A stretch of 64,000 nucleotides of DNA from an uncultured Bacteriovoracaceae bacterium (GCA_964618975.1 CAZUDI010000001.1:2234-66233); one strand, 5' to 3'; shown: positions 37,570 through 47,267, numbered from the stretch's first letter. A program made the numbers and translations. Notes: generated by a model not told the origin, from the letters alone.

Positions 37570-38157
37570 TTACCGGGATCGGTTCTTGGTCTTCTTGGGC
37601 GCAACCTTCCTGGCGCTGACTTTTTTGGCAGGATCGGATCCCTGCCTGTGCTGGCCCTGTTTCTTGCCAAGGGTTTCGGCGCTCTTGTAGCCTTCGAGCA
37701 GGGAAAAGACTACCTGCCGCGTACCGGCGCTCTTCCTTCCCCGGACCGCCTCAACATCGGAGCGGGAAATCCACACGTTGCGCAGCTTCTTGACCTCCTT
37801 GGTGTACCTGATGAAATCGGCGAGGGCCTCGTCACAGACCTGGGTGAAGCGACGGGAATCGAGGAAGGCGATGTCACGCATGGTTTCCACGGTCTGTTTT
37901 TCGAGCTTCATGACATAGCGGATGCGTTTTTCCGTACAGGCGCTACGCGGACCGACATAGCGCTCGACGCTCCTGGCCGGCACCGGGCTACCGAGTTCCT
38001 GTTCGCGGGCAAAGATATAGGCCTTCATGGCGGCCTCGACAAAATCAACCATAGCCACGTTCAGCATGCGTGACAGGACCCTGAGTTCATTCAGGGTGGC
38101 GGACTTGAAATACATCATGAATCGAGCGGTTTCGTTTGTGATCTGTGCGGCACTCAT
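37570..38157 (-). CDS. hypothetical protein with Lys/Arg-rich C-terminal tail (possible nucleic-acid binding)
   Basis: The internal start MSAAQITNETARF has an AGGAGG SD, and the tail reads KKVSARKVAPKKTKNRSR. Confidence 0.45.
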   Translation of the reverse strand: MSAAQITNETARFMMYFKSATLNELRVLSRMLNVAMVDFVEAAMKAYIFAREQELGSPVPARSVERYVGPRSACTEKRIRYVMKLEKQTVETMRDIAFLDSRRFTQVCDEALADFIRYTKEVKKLRNVWISRSDVEAVRGRKSAGTRQVVFSLLEGYKSAETLGKKQGQHRQGSDPAKKVSARKVAPKKTKNRSR

Positions 38158-38289
38158 GCATGTTCCTCCTAGGCTGTTCTGGCCGTTTCCCTCATCATTG
38201 TCCTGTCTGTGCCCGGCCACCGCATACAGACTGTGACCACACACCTGCGCTTCCCCCATATCAACAAGCGCTCAATCACCCGGCCTTCT

Positions 38290-38372
38290 ATCGTGGCTAT
38301 GAAAACCCTCCGGCAAGCCCGGGCCACTCCTTGACGCCAGAAGCGGCGGGGAACCCGACCCATACCGATTAA
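38290..38372. repeat. MITE/REP-like repeat, copy F
   Basis: It reads ATCGTGGCTATGAAAACCCTCCGGCAAGCCCGGG..CCTTGACGCCAGAAGCGGCGGGGAACCCGACCCATACCGATTAA. Its terminal TTAA overlaps the frr stop codon. Confidence 0.7.
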
Positions 38373-38926
38373 ACTTCCAGAATCTCTTTTTCCTTTACGG
38401 ACAGGAGTTCATCCACCTTCTTGATACTCTCGTCCGTGACGGTCTGCACTTTGTCGAGCCCCTTCTGCATCTCATCCTTGTTGATCTCCTTGTCCTTCTC
38501 GAGATCCTTGAGCAGGGCATTGGCGTCCCGGCGATGGTTGCGCATCTCGATCTTATAGTCCTCCGCCATCTTCTTGACCATACGGACCAGTTCCTTGCGG
38601 CGTTCCTCGTTCAACGGGGGGATAGGCACCCGGATGATGTTCCCGTCATTATTGGGGGTCAGACCGAGCTCCGATTTCATAATGGCCTTTTCGATCGGCC
38701 CCAGGGCACCCTTATCCCAGGGCTGAATGGAAATCAGCCGAGCTTCGGGTACGGACAGGGTGGCCAGCTGGTTCAGCGGTGTCGGGCTGCCGTAGTAATC
38801 CACCAGGATCCCGTCCATAATGCCGATGGAGGCCCTGCCCGTGCGCACCTTGGCCAGGGCCTGCTTCATGGCCTCGAGGCTCTTGACCATGTCCTGCTTC
38901 ATTTCATTGAGTACATCATCAACCAT
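38369..38926 (-). CDS. frr: ribosome recycling factor
   Basis: The start MVDDVLNEMKQDM has a GGGAGGA SD, and the protein shows RRF-family conservation. Confidence 0.9.
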   Translation of the reverse strand: MVDDVLNEMKQDMVKSLEAMKQALAKVRTGRASIGIMDGILVDYYGSPTPLNQLATLSVPEARLISIQPWDKGALGPIEKAIMKSELGLTPNNDGNIIRVPIPPLNEERRKELVRMVKKMAEDYKIEMRNHRRDANALLKDLEKDKEINKDEMQKGLDKVQTVTDESIKKVDELLSVKEKEILEV

Positions 38927-38930
38927 AGGT

Positions 38931-39650
38931 TCATCCTCCCCCTGCCCATACACGGGATCCGATATCCTCGCCCATCAGGAGCCCCCGCAGCTTCTCCGGC
39001 ACATTGATGTTCATGACGCGGATTTCCAGGCCGTTATCACGGCACAACGCGATGGCTGAGGCATCCATCACCTTCAGGTTTCTGCTGAGCACCTCGTCAT
39101 AATCGAGTTCGGCAAAGAAGACGGCCTCCGGATACCGCACAGGGTCCCTGTCGTAGACACCGTCGACCTTGGTGGCCTTGATCAGGACGTCGGCCCCGAT
39201 CTCCAGCGCGCGCAGCGCGGCCGTAGTGTCGGTGGTGAAATACGGGCACCCCGTGCCCCCGGCAAAGAGTACCACCCGGTTGTGATCGAGGTGTTTGAGT
39301 GCCCGGGCCCGAACAAAGGTCTCGACCACCCGGGGAACCTCCAAGGCACTCATGATGCGGCTCTCCAGGCCCTGGCGGCCCATCTCTTCCGACAGCGCCA
39401 AGGCGTTCATGAGCGTCGCCAACATGCCCATGTGATCCGAACGCACACGGTCCGTGAAGATCCCGGTCTGGGCGCCGCGGTGAATGTTGCCACCGCCGAT
39501 GACGATGCCCACCTGCGCCCCGGTCTCCACGGCTACCCGCACACATGCGGTGATGCGGGCCAGGGCCTCGGGCTCGATCCCGAAGCCCTGCGCGCCGGCC
39601 AGGGCCTCACCGCTGAGTTTCAAGAGAATGCGGGAATACCGGATCGTCAC
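38931..39650 (-). CDS. pyrH: UMP kinase
   Basis: It has a YSRILLKLSGEAL motif and a GGGNIHRG motif. A GTG start is proposed (VTIRYSRILLK aligns to the E. coli PyrH N-terminus); the 5' end is uncertain (the ORF is open to 39710). Confidence 0.8.
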   Translation of the reverse strand: MTIRYSRILLKLSGEALAGAQGFGIEPEALARITACVRVAVETGAQVGIVIGGGNIHRGAQTGIFTDRVRSDHMGMLATLMNALALSEEMGRQGLESRIMSALEVPRVVETFVRARALKHLDHNRVVLFAGGTGCPYFTTDTTAALRALEIGADVLIKATKVDGVYDRDPVRYPEAVFFAELDYDEVLSRNLKVMDASAIALCRDNGLEIRVMNINVPEKLRGLLMGEDIGSRVWAGGG

Positions 39651-39654
39651 GGTT

Positions 39655-40254
39655 CTACAGCTCTTCTCCCAACTGATACCTGGCAAAACGCCGGATGAGA
39701 CATTTTTCACCGGTCTTGCCCATCAGCTGTTCCAGTAGCTGCCCCACGCTCACGTCCGAGTCCTTGACAAAGGGCTGCTCGAGCAGACAGCGCTCGGAAT
39801 AGAACTTCTTGAGTTTGCCCTCGACGATCTTGTCCAGGATCTTTTCGGGTTTGCCGGATTTGAGGGCCTGCTCCTTGAGGATCTCCTTTTCCTTGTCCAG
39901 CACCTCACCGGGCACCTCGTCGCAGCTGACCCATTCCGGGCCGGCGGCGGCGATATGCATAGCGACATCCTTGGCGAAACTGGTGAAATCATCCGACTTG
40001 GCCACGAAGTCACTCTCGCAGTTCACCTCGAGGAGCACGCCGATCTTGCCGCCCATATGGATGTAGGAGATCACGGTTCCCTGTAAGGTCGCCCGCCCCG
40101 AGCGCTTGCTGGCCACCTCCATGCCCTTCTTGCGAAGCAACTCGACGGCCTTATCGAAGTTACCCCCGGCCTCGGTGAGGGCCTTCTTGCAATCCATCAT
40201 GCCCACGCCGGTCTTATCTCTCAGTTTCTTGACGTCTTCTGCTGTTATCTGCAC
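39655..40254 (-). CDS. tsf: elongation factor Ts (short form)
   Basis: The 199-aa protein has the N-terminal UBA-like motif ITAEDVKKLRDKTGVGMMDCKKAL. Confidence 0.9.
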   Translation of the reverse strand: MQITAEDVKKLRDKTGVGMMDCKKALTEAGGNFDKAVELLRKKGMEVASKRSGRATLQGTVISYIHMGGKIGVLLEVNCESDFVAKSDDFTSFAKDVAMHIAAAGPEWVSCDEVPGEVLDKEKEILKEQALKSGKPEKILDKIVEGKLKKFYSERCLLEQPFVKDSDVSVGQLLEQLMGKTGEKCLIRRFARYQLGEEL

Positions 40255-40274
40255 GCTCTCCCTCCCCTCATGCT

Positions 40275-41150
40275 CTAGGCTGTTTCTTCATCCTCGAATT
40301 CATCGACCGTGCCGCTAGGGAGTTCATCATCACCGCCCTTGACGATGATCTCGATTTCACCCTCGAGTCCCTGACCGATCTGCTCCCTGGGACGACCCTC
40401 GGCCGCCGAAGGTGCACCTTCGACCTCTGAAGAGGCCTCCTTTATCTCGCTTTGCAGCTTTTCCTCGTAGAGGGAACGCCCCTCTATGACCGCCTCGGCG
40501 ATCTTCGAGGTGAAAAGCCGGATGGCCCGGATGGCGTCGTCATTGCCGGGAATGACATAATCGATAAGGGTAGGATCACAATTCGAATCCACGATGGCCA
40601 CAATGGGGATGCCCAGTTTGCGCGCCTCCTTGACAGCGATGTTCTCCCGTGTAGGATCGACCACATAGACGATATCCGGCAGGTGATCCATATCCTTGAT
40701 CCCGTTCAGGGCGCGATCGAGCTTCATCTTGTGGCGCTTCATGCTGAGCTGTTCCTTCTTGGGATAGTCCTCGATCGTGCCGTTATCGATGATATTCTCG
40801 AGCCACTTGAGCTTTTCGACGCTCAGCTTGATGGTCTCATAGTTGGTGAGCATGCCGCCCAGCCAGCGGTGATTGATATAGAAGGCCCCGGAGCGCTGCG
40901 CCTCTTCCTCGATGGCGTCCTGGGCCTGCTTCTTGGTCCCCACGAATAGAATGCGCCCCCCGCTGGCCGTGGTTTCCCTTATGAAATCACACGCCTGATC
41001 AAAGAGTTTCTCGGTCTTCTGCAGATCGATGATGTGGATACCGTTTCTGGCCCCGAAGATATAGGGTTTCATCTTGGGATTCCAACGCGGGGTTTGATGG
41101 CCGAAATGGACGCCTGCCTCCAGAAGCTGCTTCATGCTAACTACCGACAT
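40275..41150 (-). CDS. rpsB: 30S ribosomal protein S2
   Basis: The protein starts [27 protein letters not shown] and has an acidic C-terminal extension. Confidence 0.9.
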   Translation of the reverse strand: MSVVSMKQLLEAGVHFGHQTPRWNPKMKPYIFGARNGIHIIDLQKTEKLFDQACDFIRETTASGGRILFVGTKKQAQDAIEEEAQRSGAFYINHRWLGGMLTNYETIKLSVEKLKWLENIIDNGTIEDYPKKEQLSMKRHKMKLDRALNGIKDMDHLPDIVYVVDPTRENIAVKEARKLGIPIVAIVDSNCDPTLIDYVIPGNDDAIRAIRLFTSKIAEAVIEGRSLYEEKLQSEIKEASSEVEGAPSAAEGRPREQIGQGLEGEIEIIVKGGDDELPSGTVDEFEDEETA

Positions 41151-41338
41151 ACTTCCTCCTTCTCTGGGTTTTTATCCTCCGCCCCCTGCAGGCATCATCC
41201 TCCCATAGGACACCCGAAGCCTGCGTAAAAAAAGGGACGTGTGTATTGGTCAGCCCTTCTATCACACCCGGAACCGGCTTTCAAGGGGTAAGGCATGAAA
41301 TTTATCAGGGGAACAGTGCCATGTATGCCCGGGGACGC

Positions 41339-41902
41339 TCATGCCCCTTTGAACAGCGGTGCGACCTTCTTGAAGAGAGGCGTCCCCGCCCGCTCCAGGA
41401 GCATGAAGGCAATGGTCTCGGTGGTATACACGAGGGCTCCCGCATCCCGCAGGGTCTCGATGGCCGCTGTGCGGTCCTCGGCGTAACGCGAACAGACCGC
41501 ATCTGCGGCCACCACCACCTTGAAACCGGCCCGCAGGAGGTCGAGGGCGCTCTGCAGCACACACACATGCGTTTCGATCCCGGTAATTATCACGGACCTG
41601 CGGCCCGTCTCCACCAGTACCTGCTTCAGGTCCGGGTCTCTGAAGCAGCTGAAGGTCATCTTGGCATAGCGGGGGATGCCCTCGGTCAGGCGCCCGACCT
41701 CCAGCATGGTCTCTCCGAGGCCTTGCGGGTACTGCTCAGAGATCACAAGCGGCAGAGAGCACGCCTTGGCGCACTCGATCAGGATCAGACTGTTGTCGAG
41801 GAACGCCTGCCTGAATGGCACCTCCATGGCCTGATAGAGCCGCGGCTGAATATCGATCACCAGCAGGAGCGTCTCATTACTATAAATCATAAAATCCTTC
41901 AT
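41339..41902 (-). CDS. isochorismatase-family cysteine hydrolase
   Basis: The start MKDFMIYSN has a GAGGAAG SD, and the protein has a VVAADAVCS catalytic-Cys region. Confidence 0.7.
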   Translation of the reverse strand: MKDFMIYSNETLLLVIDIQPRLYQAMEVPFRQAFLDNSLILIECAKACSLPLVISEQYPQGLGETMLEVGRLTEGIPRYAKMTFSCFRDPDLKQVLVETGRRSVIITGIETHVCVLQSALDLLRAGFKVVVAADAVCSRYAEDRTAAIETLRDAGALVYTTETIAFMLLERAGTPLFKKVAPLFKGA

Positions 41903-41927
41903 CGTCTTCCTCATTCATTAATCGCTA

Positions 41928-41990
41928 TGGGGCGAATTCCCCCACCGTTTGCGTCGTCAAGGGCTTGCGCCGAGGTTCATGCCCCTGATG
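41928..41990. repeat. MITE/REP-like repeat, copy G (short)
   Basis: TTAATCGCTATGGGGCGAATTCCCCC...GGGCTTGCGCCGAGGTTCATGCCCCTGATG aligns to copy B. Confidence 0.7.
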
Positions 41991-42039
41991 TCAGATCCAT
42001 CGCTATCGCTCTGGCCGTCCCTTTGATGTGCGGTGCCGC

Positions 42040-42717
42040 TCAGAGGATCAGAGGATAGATCATGGCATACACGATGGCGGGGATCATATTGCCGACCTTG
42101 ATCTGCTTGAGCCCCAGCAGGTTAACACCGATCCCCACGATGATGATACCGCCGGTGGCCTCCACCGAACTCAGGACTAAGGGGTCCTGGAGGAAGGCCA
42201 GGGCGGATGCCAGCAGGGTGAACCCGCCCTGAACCACCAGCACGGACAGCGCCGAGAAGGCCACACCGATGCCCAGGGAGGAGGCCAGCGCCGTGGCAGC
42301 CACCCCGTCGAGCAGGGATTTCACGAAAAGCGTGCTGGAATCACCCACGGTTCCGTCCTGGATACAGCCCACGATCATCATGGCCCCCGTAAGGTAGAGC
42401 ACGGAGGCCGCTACAAACCCCTGCACAAAGGTCGACGACTCGGAGCGGAAGCGCCGTTTTAGTCGCTCGCCCAGAAGCTCGACCCCACGTTCGATGCGTA
42501 AAAGCTCACCGGTCACTGAGCCCAGCAGCAAACAGCTGATGGTGGCCACGGGGGTGTTCCCGACGAGCGCCATCTTGATCCCGATGAGTATCACGGCCAA
42601 TCCCAGGGCCTCCATGAGGATGGACTTGATCCCCGGAGAGATATGTCGTCCGGCGAACAGGCCCACCGCACTCCCCACCAGAATCGCCCCGGTATTCACG
42701 ATTGTTCCGGTCACGCC
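42040..42717 (-). CDS. DUF554-family membrane protein (YqgA-like)
   Basis: A GTG start (VTGTIVNTGAILVG) with an AAGGAG SD is proposed, but the ORF is open upstream to 42744, where an ATG lies inside a repeat element. Confidence 0.6.
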   Translation of the reverse strand, partial: GVTGTIVNTGAILVGSAVGLFAGRHISPGIKSILMEALGLAVILIGIKMALVGNTPVATISCLLLGSVTGELLRIERGVELLGERLKRRFRSESSTFVQGFVAASVLYLTGAMMIVGCIQDGTVGDSSTLFVKSLLDGVAATALASSLGIGVAFSALSVLVVQGGFTLLASALAFLQDPLVLSSVEATGGIIIVGIGVNLLGLKQIKVGNMIPAIVYAMIYPLIL

Positions 42718-42733
42718 CGGCTCCTTTGTCCCA

Positions 42734-42824
42734 CGTTCAATCATGGGTATGGACCCCAGGGCAAGCCTAAGGCCCCTGCTTGCCGCCGCAAGCGGCGGGG
42801 AATTTGACCCTCAGGCCATTAAAG
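42734..42824. repeat. MITE/REP-like repeat, copy H (full-length, near-consensus)
   Basis: It reads AATCATGGGTATGGACCCCAGGGCAAGCCTAAGGCCCCTGCTTGCCGCCGCAAGCGGCGGGGAATTTGACCCTCAGGCCATTAAAG, with a central GCTTGC-CGCC-GCAAGC hairpin. Confidence 0.85.
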
Positions 42825-42898
42825 ACTCCCTATCCAATGTTCACGGCCCCGGTCAATCAAATAATGGGGCCTTGGCCTGTGGGGCAGGAGGGATACCA

Positions 42899-42938
42899 TT
42901 GACAATTTGAACATGTGAACATATATTCATATGAATAT
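42899..42938 (+). promoter_or_regulatory. sigma70 promoter TTGACA-N17-TATATT overlapped by perfect 16-bp palindrome ATATTCATATGAATAT (ArsR/SmtB-type operator)
   Basis: The hexamers and palindrome are seen directly. Additional TGAACA direct repeats sit in the spacer. Confidence 0.6.
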
Positions 42939-42993
42939 GGAGCACACCTGTACGGTCATCCATGCGGAAGTAGTCGCCCGGGTAGGACAACGT

Positions 42994-43281
42994 ATGCCCC
43001 AGGACGAGGCCATGCTCAATGAACTGGCGGAGTTCTTCAAGGTTTTTGGAGATGCCACCCGGATCAGGATCCTCTTCGCCCTGGCTGCCGCCGAGATGTG
43101 CGTTTGCGACATCGCCGCCCTCCTGGGGATGAACCACTCGGCCATATCCCATCAGTTGAAGATCCTCAGTCGGTCGAAGCTCGTCCGGCAGCGCCGGGAA
43201 GGCAAACTCGTCTACTATTCCCTGAGCGATGCCCACGTCAAGAGGGTCCTGGCCCAGGGTTTCGAACACATCAGCGAATGA
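42994..43281 (+). CDS. ArsR/SmtB-family metalloregulatory transcriptional repressor
   Basis: It has an FKVFGDATRIRILFAL HTH region and the ELCVCDI alpha3 metal site. The start is chosen downstream of the promoter (MPQDEAML); the ORF is open from 42931. Confidence 0.75.
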   Translation: MPQDEAMLNELAEFFKVFGDATRIRILFALAAAEMCVCDIAALLGMNHSAISHQLKILSRSKLVRQRREGKLVYYSLSDAHVKRVLAQGFEHISE

Positions 43282-43316
43282 GCGCACCAAGTGTAACGCA
43301 CGATGAGGAGCTGAAA

Positions 43317-44252
43317 ATGCCGACACACCACCATCACCACCACAACGGCCAGCATCCCTCCCCGAGGGGTTCCCTCGGGCTCGTGATCCTCTTCAATGTC
43401 ATGATCACCGTGGTGGAGTATATCGGCGGCTTCCTCTCCGGCAGCCTGGCGCTTGTCTCGGATGCCACCCACAACCTCTCGGATGTCTTGGCGCTGATTC
43501 TCGGCTTCGTCGGGGAGCGGCTCATGCGGCGTGAGCCGGACCTGGATTTCTCCTTCGGCCTGCGGAGGATCGAGGTGGCCACGGCCCTTATCAACGCCCT
43601 GACCCTGGTCGCCATCGCCGCCTTCATCCTCATCGAGGCCCTCGATCGCTATCAGAATCCGCACCCGATCGCCATCGAGGTCATGCTGCCGGTGGCACTC
43701 GTGGGTCTTTTGGGCAACGTCTTCTCAATCGTGGCACTCAGGGGACAGCGCGACAGAAACCTGAACCTCAGGGCCGCCTTCCTCCATCTCTTCTACGATG
43801 CCCTTTCGTCAGGAGCCGTGATCGCCGTGGCCTTGATCCTCCTCTTCTGGCCCGCCTTCTGGCTCGATCCCCTCATAAGCCTCGTAATCGTCGTCATGAT
43901 CGCGTCCAGCGCGGTGGGCATTATCCGGGAGTCTCTGCGCATCTTCCTGCAGGTGGCGCCCGCCCATCTCGACACCGCCGCCATCCAGCGTTCCCTGGAG
44001 TCCGCCTCCGGCGGCGGCGTTCACGGGCTGCACATCTGGTCGGTGAATTCCACCGAGGTCTTTCTGTCCTGCCATATCTGCCTGGGAGAGGAGGCGGTCG
44101 TGAATACGGACCAGGTACTGCGCTCGGTGAATGCCGAGCTCGAGCGCCGCTACGGCATCACCCATACGGCCATTCAGGTGGAGCGCTCCGCGCACTGCCG
44201 TGATGGAGGGGGCCCCTGCTGCTCTCAGGAGAACCCTTCCGGGAGGTCTTGA
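43317..44252 (+). CDS. cation diffusion facilitator (CDF) family divalent-metal efflux transporter (CzcD/ZitB-like) with N-terminal His-rich tract
   Basis: The start MPTHHHHHHNGQHP has a GAGGAG SD, and the protein has 6 TM segments and HxxxD motifs (ATHNLSDV). The C-terminal domain ends HCRDGGGPCCSQ. Confidence 0.8.
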   Translation: MPTHHHHHHNGQHPSPRGSLGLVILFNVMITVVEYIGGFLSGSLALVSDATHNLSDVLALILGFVGERLMRREPDLDFSFGLRRIEVATALINALTLVAIAAFILIEALDRYQNPHPIAIEVMLPVALVGLLGNVFSIVALRGQRDRNLNLRAAFLHLFYDALSSGAVIAVALILLFWPAFWLDPLISLVIVVMIASSAVGIIRESLRIFLQVAPAHLDTAAIQRSLESASGGGVHGLHIWSVNSTEVFLSCHICLGEEAVVNTDQVLRSVNAELERRYGITHTAIQVERSAHCRDGGGPCCSQENPSGRS

Positions 44253-44253
44253 G

Positions 44254-46578
44254 ATGGACAATCCGCACCTCGGTCTGCTGATCAGTGTCGGTGAACTGGG
44301 CGCCATGATGGCGGGCAGCCCGGATATCCAGTCCTTTCTCGAGCAGGGCGTGCGCCTGGTGGCGCACCACATGCGCGCCCAGGTCAGCTCCATCTACCTG
44401 TACGACGAGGCCACCGAAGAGCTGGTGCTCCAGGCCACGCAGGGACTGAATCCCGCTTCCGTCGGCCGCGTGCGCCTGCACCGGGGCGAGGGGCTGGTGG
44501 GGCTGTGCCATGAGGAACGCCGACCCATCCATGTGGACCGAGCCAGTGAAAATCCGCATTACCGCTACTTTGCCGAGACCGGTGAGGCTGCCTTCGAGGC
44601 CTTTCTCGCGGTTCCCATCCTGCTGGGAACCGCGAGTATCGGTGTGCTCACCGTTCAGCGCCCGCTGAGCCAGGTGTTCCATGAACACGACATCCTGACC
44701 TTGAGGGCGGTGGCCTCCCAGCTGGCGAGTTCGATCGAACACGCCCGGGTGCTGATGCATCTGAGATCCGTCCCGGAGCGGGGCACGCCCCGCCCCCTGC
44801 CCCTGAGGCAGGGAGAGGAGGACCGGGACAGCCGGGTGCTTTCCCCCGGCAAAGACGTCCGGAGTCCCCGGTCCATCCTCGTCAAGGGCATACCGGCCTC
44901 GCCAGGCATCGCCTCCGGGCCGGCCCATATCTTTGCCCCCCACACACAGACACGCGCCCTTCTGCCCGAGCACCCCCGCGAGGACCTGGGGCCCTCAGAC
45001 CTCACCCGGGCGCTGGAGGCCACCCGCGCTCAGCTGGCCGAACTGCAGCGGCGCATGGAAAAGCGCCTGCCCGAGATGGTCTCGCTGATCTTCACCGCCC
45101 AGCAGATCATGCTCAAGGACAGCACCTTCATCGACAGAATCACGGAGCGCATCGAGAAGGGCTTGAATCCCCCGGAGGCACTCTATGAGGTGTGCACCTT
45201 CTACATGGATACCTTTGCCTCCAGCTCCCAGGCCTACCTCCGCGAGAAAGCCCACGATGTGGAAGACCTCATGCGGCGGGTCATGGGCAATCTGCTGCAG
45301 GATCAGTCGGATGGTCCCTGCGGGTGTCAAGGTGCGGTTGTGATCGCCAGTAACCTCTACCCCTCCGACATCATCAGCCTGGCCTTAGAAGGCATCGCCG
45401 GGATCGTACTGGTAAGCGGCGGGGTTACCTCGCATGTGTCCATCCTGGTGCGGAGCCTGGAGATCCCCCTGATCATCAGCACCGATGCCTGGCTCATGAA
45501 TCTGGCGCCGGGGACAGAGGTCCTGCTGGATGCCACGCAGGGCAATATCTATCTGGACCCCACGCCTAAAGTCCGGGAGCGCTTCCAGGAACGGGAGGAA
45601 ACCCATACCATGACCTCTTCCGCGGCTATGAACGAGGAAACCCGCACGCGGGATGGCATTCGCGTGAGCCTGCAGGCCAACATCAACCTGCTCAGCGAAC
45701 TGCCACTGGCCCGGCGGCTTAAGGCACAGGGCGTGGGGCTGTACCGTACGGAATTCCCCTTCATGATCCGCGCCACGCCGCCGTCGGAAGAGGAACAACT
45801 CGTCGTCTACCGCACGCTTGTACGCGAGATGGCCGCGCTCCCGGTCACCTTCAGGACCCTGGACGTGGGCGGCGACAAGCTCCTGGCATACTTTGACCAC
45901 GCAAGCGAACCCAATCCCGCCCTGGGGCTACGCTCGATCCGCTTCTCCCTGAAGCACACTGACCTCTTCGCGCAACAGCTACGGGCGATCCTGCGCGCCG
46001 GCGCAGGGGCGCCCGAACTGAGGATCATGTTTCCCCTGATCTCCTCCACCGAGGAATTCCTGCAGGCCGCTTCCATCGTCCATCAGGCCCGAGAGGACCT
46101 CACCCGGGAGGGGCTCGCGCACCACCCTTCCCCCGCCATCGGGATGATGATCGAGCTGCCTGCCGTAGTCGAAATCATGGACGAGCTCGTGCAGGTGGTC
46201 GATTTCTTCAGCATCGGCACCAATGACTTCATCCAGTACCTGCTGGGCGTGGATCGGACCAACGAACTGGTGGCGGATTTCTACCTGCCACACCACCCAG
46301 CCGTACTCCGATCACTCGCACGGGTGGTCGGTGTCGCCCGGGATGCGGGCAAGGAGATCAGCGTCTGCGGCGAGATGGCCCACGAGCCGGACCTGGTCGC
46401 CTTCCTCCTCGGCATCGGGGTACGCACCTTCAGCCTCGACCCCCGCTATCTGCCCCAGATTCAACGCACCATCCAGTCCCTGAGCCTGGACGAGGCCCAG
46501 GAGAGCGCCGGGAAGCTTTTGCGGTCCAGAACGGGCATCGGTTCTCATTGGGCAGACAAAGGGGCACCCGTCCTCTGA
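44254..46578 (+). CDS. ptsP: phosphoenolpyruvate-protein phosphotransferase PtsP (GAF domain + Enzyme I)
   Basis: It has an N-terminal GAF domain, then an EI pattern (GGVTSHVSILVRSLEIP with the phospho-His, and a PEP-utilizing C-terminus). A GGGAGG SD precedes it. Confidence 0.85.
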   Translation: MDNPHLGLLISVGELGAMMAGSPDIQSFLEQGVRLVAHHMRAQVSSIYLYDEATEELVLQATQGLNPASVGRVRLHRGEGLVGLCHEERRPIHVDRASENPHYRYFAETGEAAFEAFLAVPILLGTASIGVLTVQRPLSQVFHEHDILTLRAVASQLASSIEHARVLMHLRSVPERGTPRPLPLRQGEEDRDSRVLSPGKDVRSPRSILVKGIPASPGIASGPAHIFAPHTQTRALLPEHPREDLGPSDLTRALEATRAQLAELQRRMEKRLPEMVSLIFTAQQIMLKDSTFIDRITERIEKGLNPPEALYEVCTFYMDTFASSSQAYLREKAHDVEDLMRRVMGNLLQDQSDGPCGCQGAVVIASNLYPSDIISLALEGIAGIVLVSGGVTSHVSILVRSLEIPLIISTDAWLMNLAPGTEVLLDATQGNIYLDPTPKVRERFQEREETHTMTSSAAMNEETRTRDGIRVSLQANINLLSELPLARRLKAQGVGLYRTEFPFMIRATPPSEEEQLVVYRTLVREMAALPVTFRTLDVGGDKLLAYFDHASEPNPALGLRSIRFSLKHTDLFAQQLRAILRAGAGAPELRIMFPLISSTEEFLQAASIVHQAREDLTREGLAHHPSPAIGMMIELPAVVEIMDELVQVVDFFSIGTNDFIQYLLGVDRTNELVADFYLPHHPAVLRSLARVVGVARDAGKEISVCGEMAHEPDLVAFLLGIGVRTFSLDPRYLPQIQRTIQSLSLDEAQESAGKLLRSRTGIGSHWADKGAPVL

Positions 46579-46613
46579 AGCCCGGAGAAGGCCGGCGGGC
46601 AGAGAGGGCGCCC

Positions 46614-47267
46614 TCACCCGAAAAGTGCAAGCAGGTCCGCGGGGCAGCCCACAAGCAGGCGCGCCCCGCTGCCTACGAGCTCCTCCCTGCCCCGGAAGCC
46701 CCACAGCACGCCTACCGGCAGCATACCGGCATTCACGGCGGTGCACATGTCCACGTTCGTGTCCCCCACAAAGACCACCCGCCCCGGCTTGACCCCGAGG
46801 GCACGCGCGATCTGGAGGGCCCCGATCGGATCGGGCTTGCGCGGAAAACCGGGCCTGAGCCCGCAGACCCGCGTGAAACTCCAGCGACCCAGGAAGGCCT
46901 TCACCATCTCCTGCGTGAAGTCATGGGGCTTATTGGAGAGTACCGCCAGAGGCAGGCCGCGGGAGGTGAGTGCATCGAGCAGTTCCGGGATCCCTTTATA
47001 GGGTCTGGACTTGTGGGCCCAGCCCCTCCCGTATTCCGAGCGCATGGCCTCCATGAGGCCTTCGATCGTAGCCTCGTTGCGCTCATCCTCCGGCAGCACG
47101 CGCTCGCAGAGCACACGCATACCCTCCCCCACGAGCAAGCGATAGTCCGAGGAGGCACGGGGCGCAAAGCCCTGTCTGGCAAGGGCCGCATTCATGCTGT
47201 CGGCCAGATCTTCCAGGGTATCGAGAAGGGTCCCGTCGAGGTCAAAGATGACCGCATCCCAGGTCAT
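46614..47267 (-). CDS. HAD-superfamily hydrolase (phosphoglycolate phosphatase-like)
   Basis: The start MTWDAVIFDLDGTLLDT is HAD motif I, and SNK and GDTNVD motifs are also present. Confidence 0.7.
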   Translation of the reverse strand: MTWDAVIFDLDGTLLDTLEDLADSMNAALARQGFAPRASSDYRLLVGEGMRVLCERVLPEDERNEATIEGLMEAMRSEYGRGWAHKSRPYKGIPELLDALTSRGLPLAVLSNKPHDFTQEMVKAFLGRWSFTRVCGLRPGFPRKPDPIGALQIARALGVKPGRVVFVGDTNVDMCTAVNAGMLPVGVLWGFRGREELVGSGARLLVGCPADLLALFG

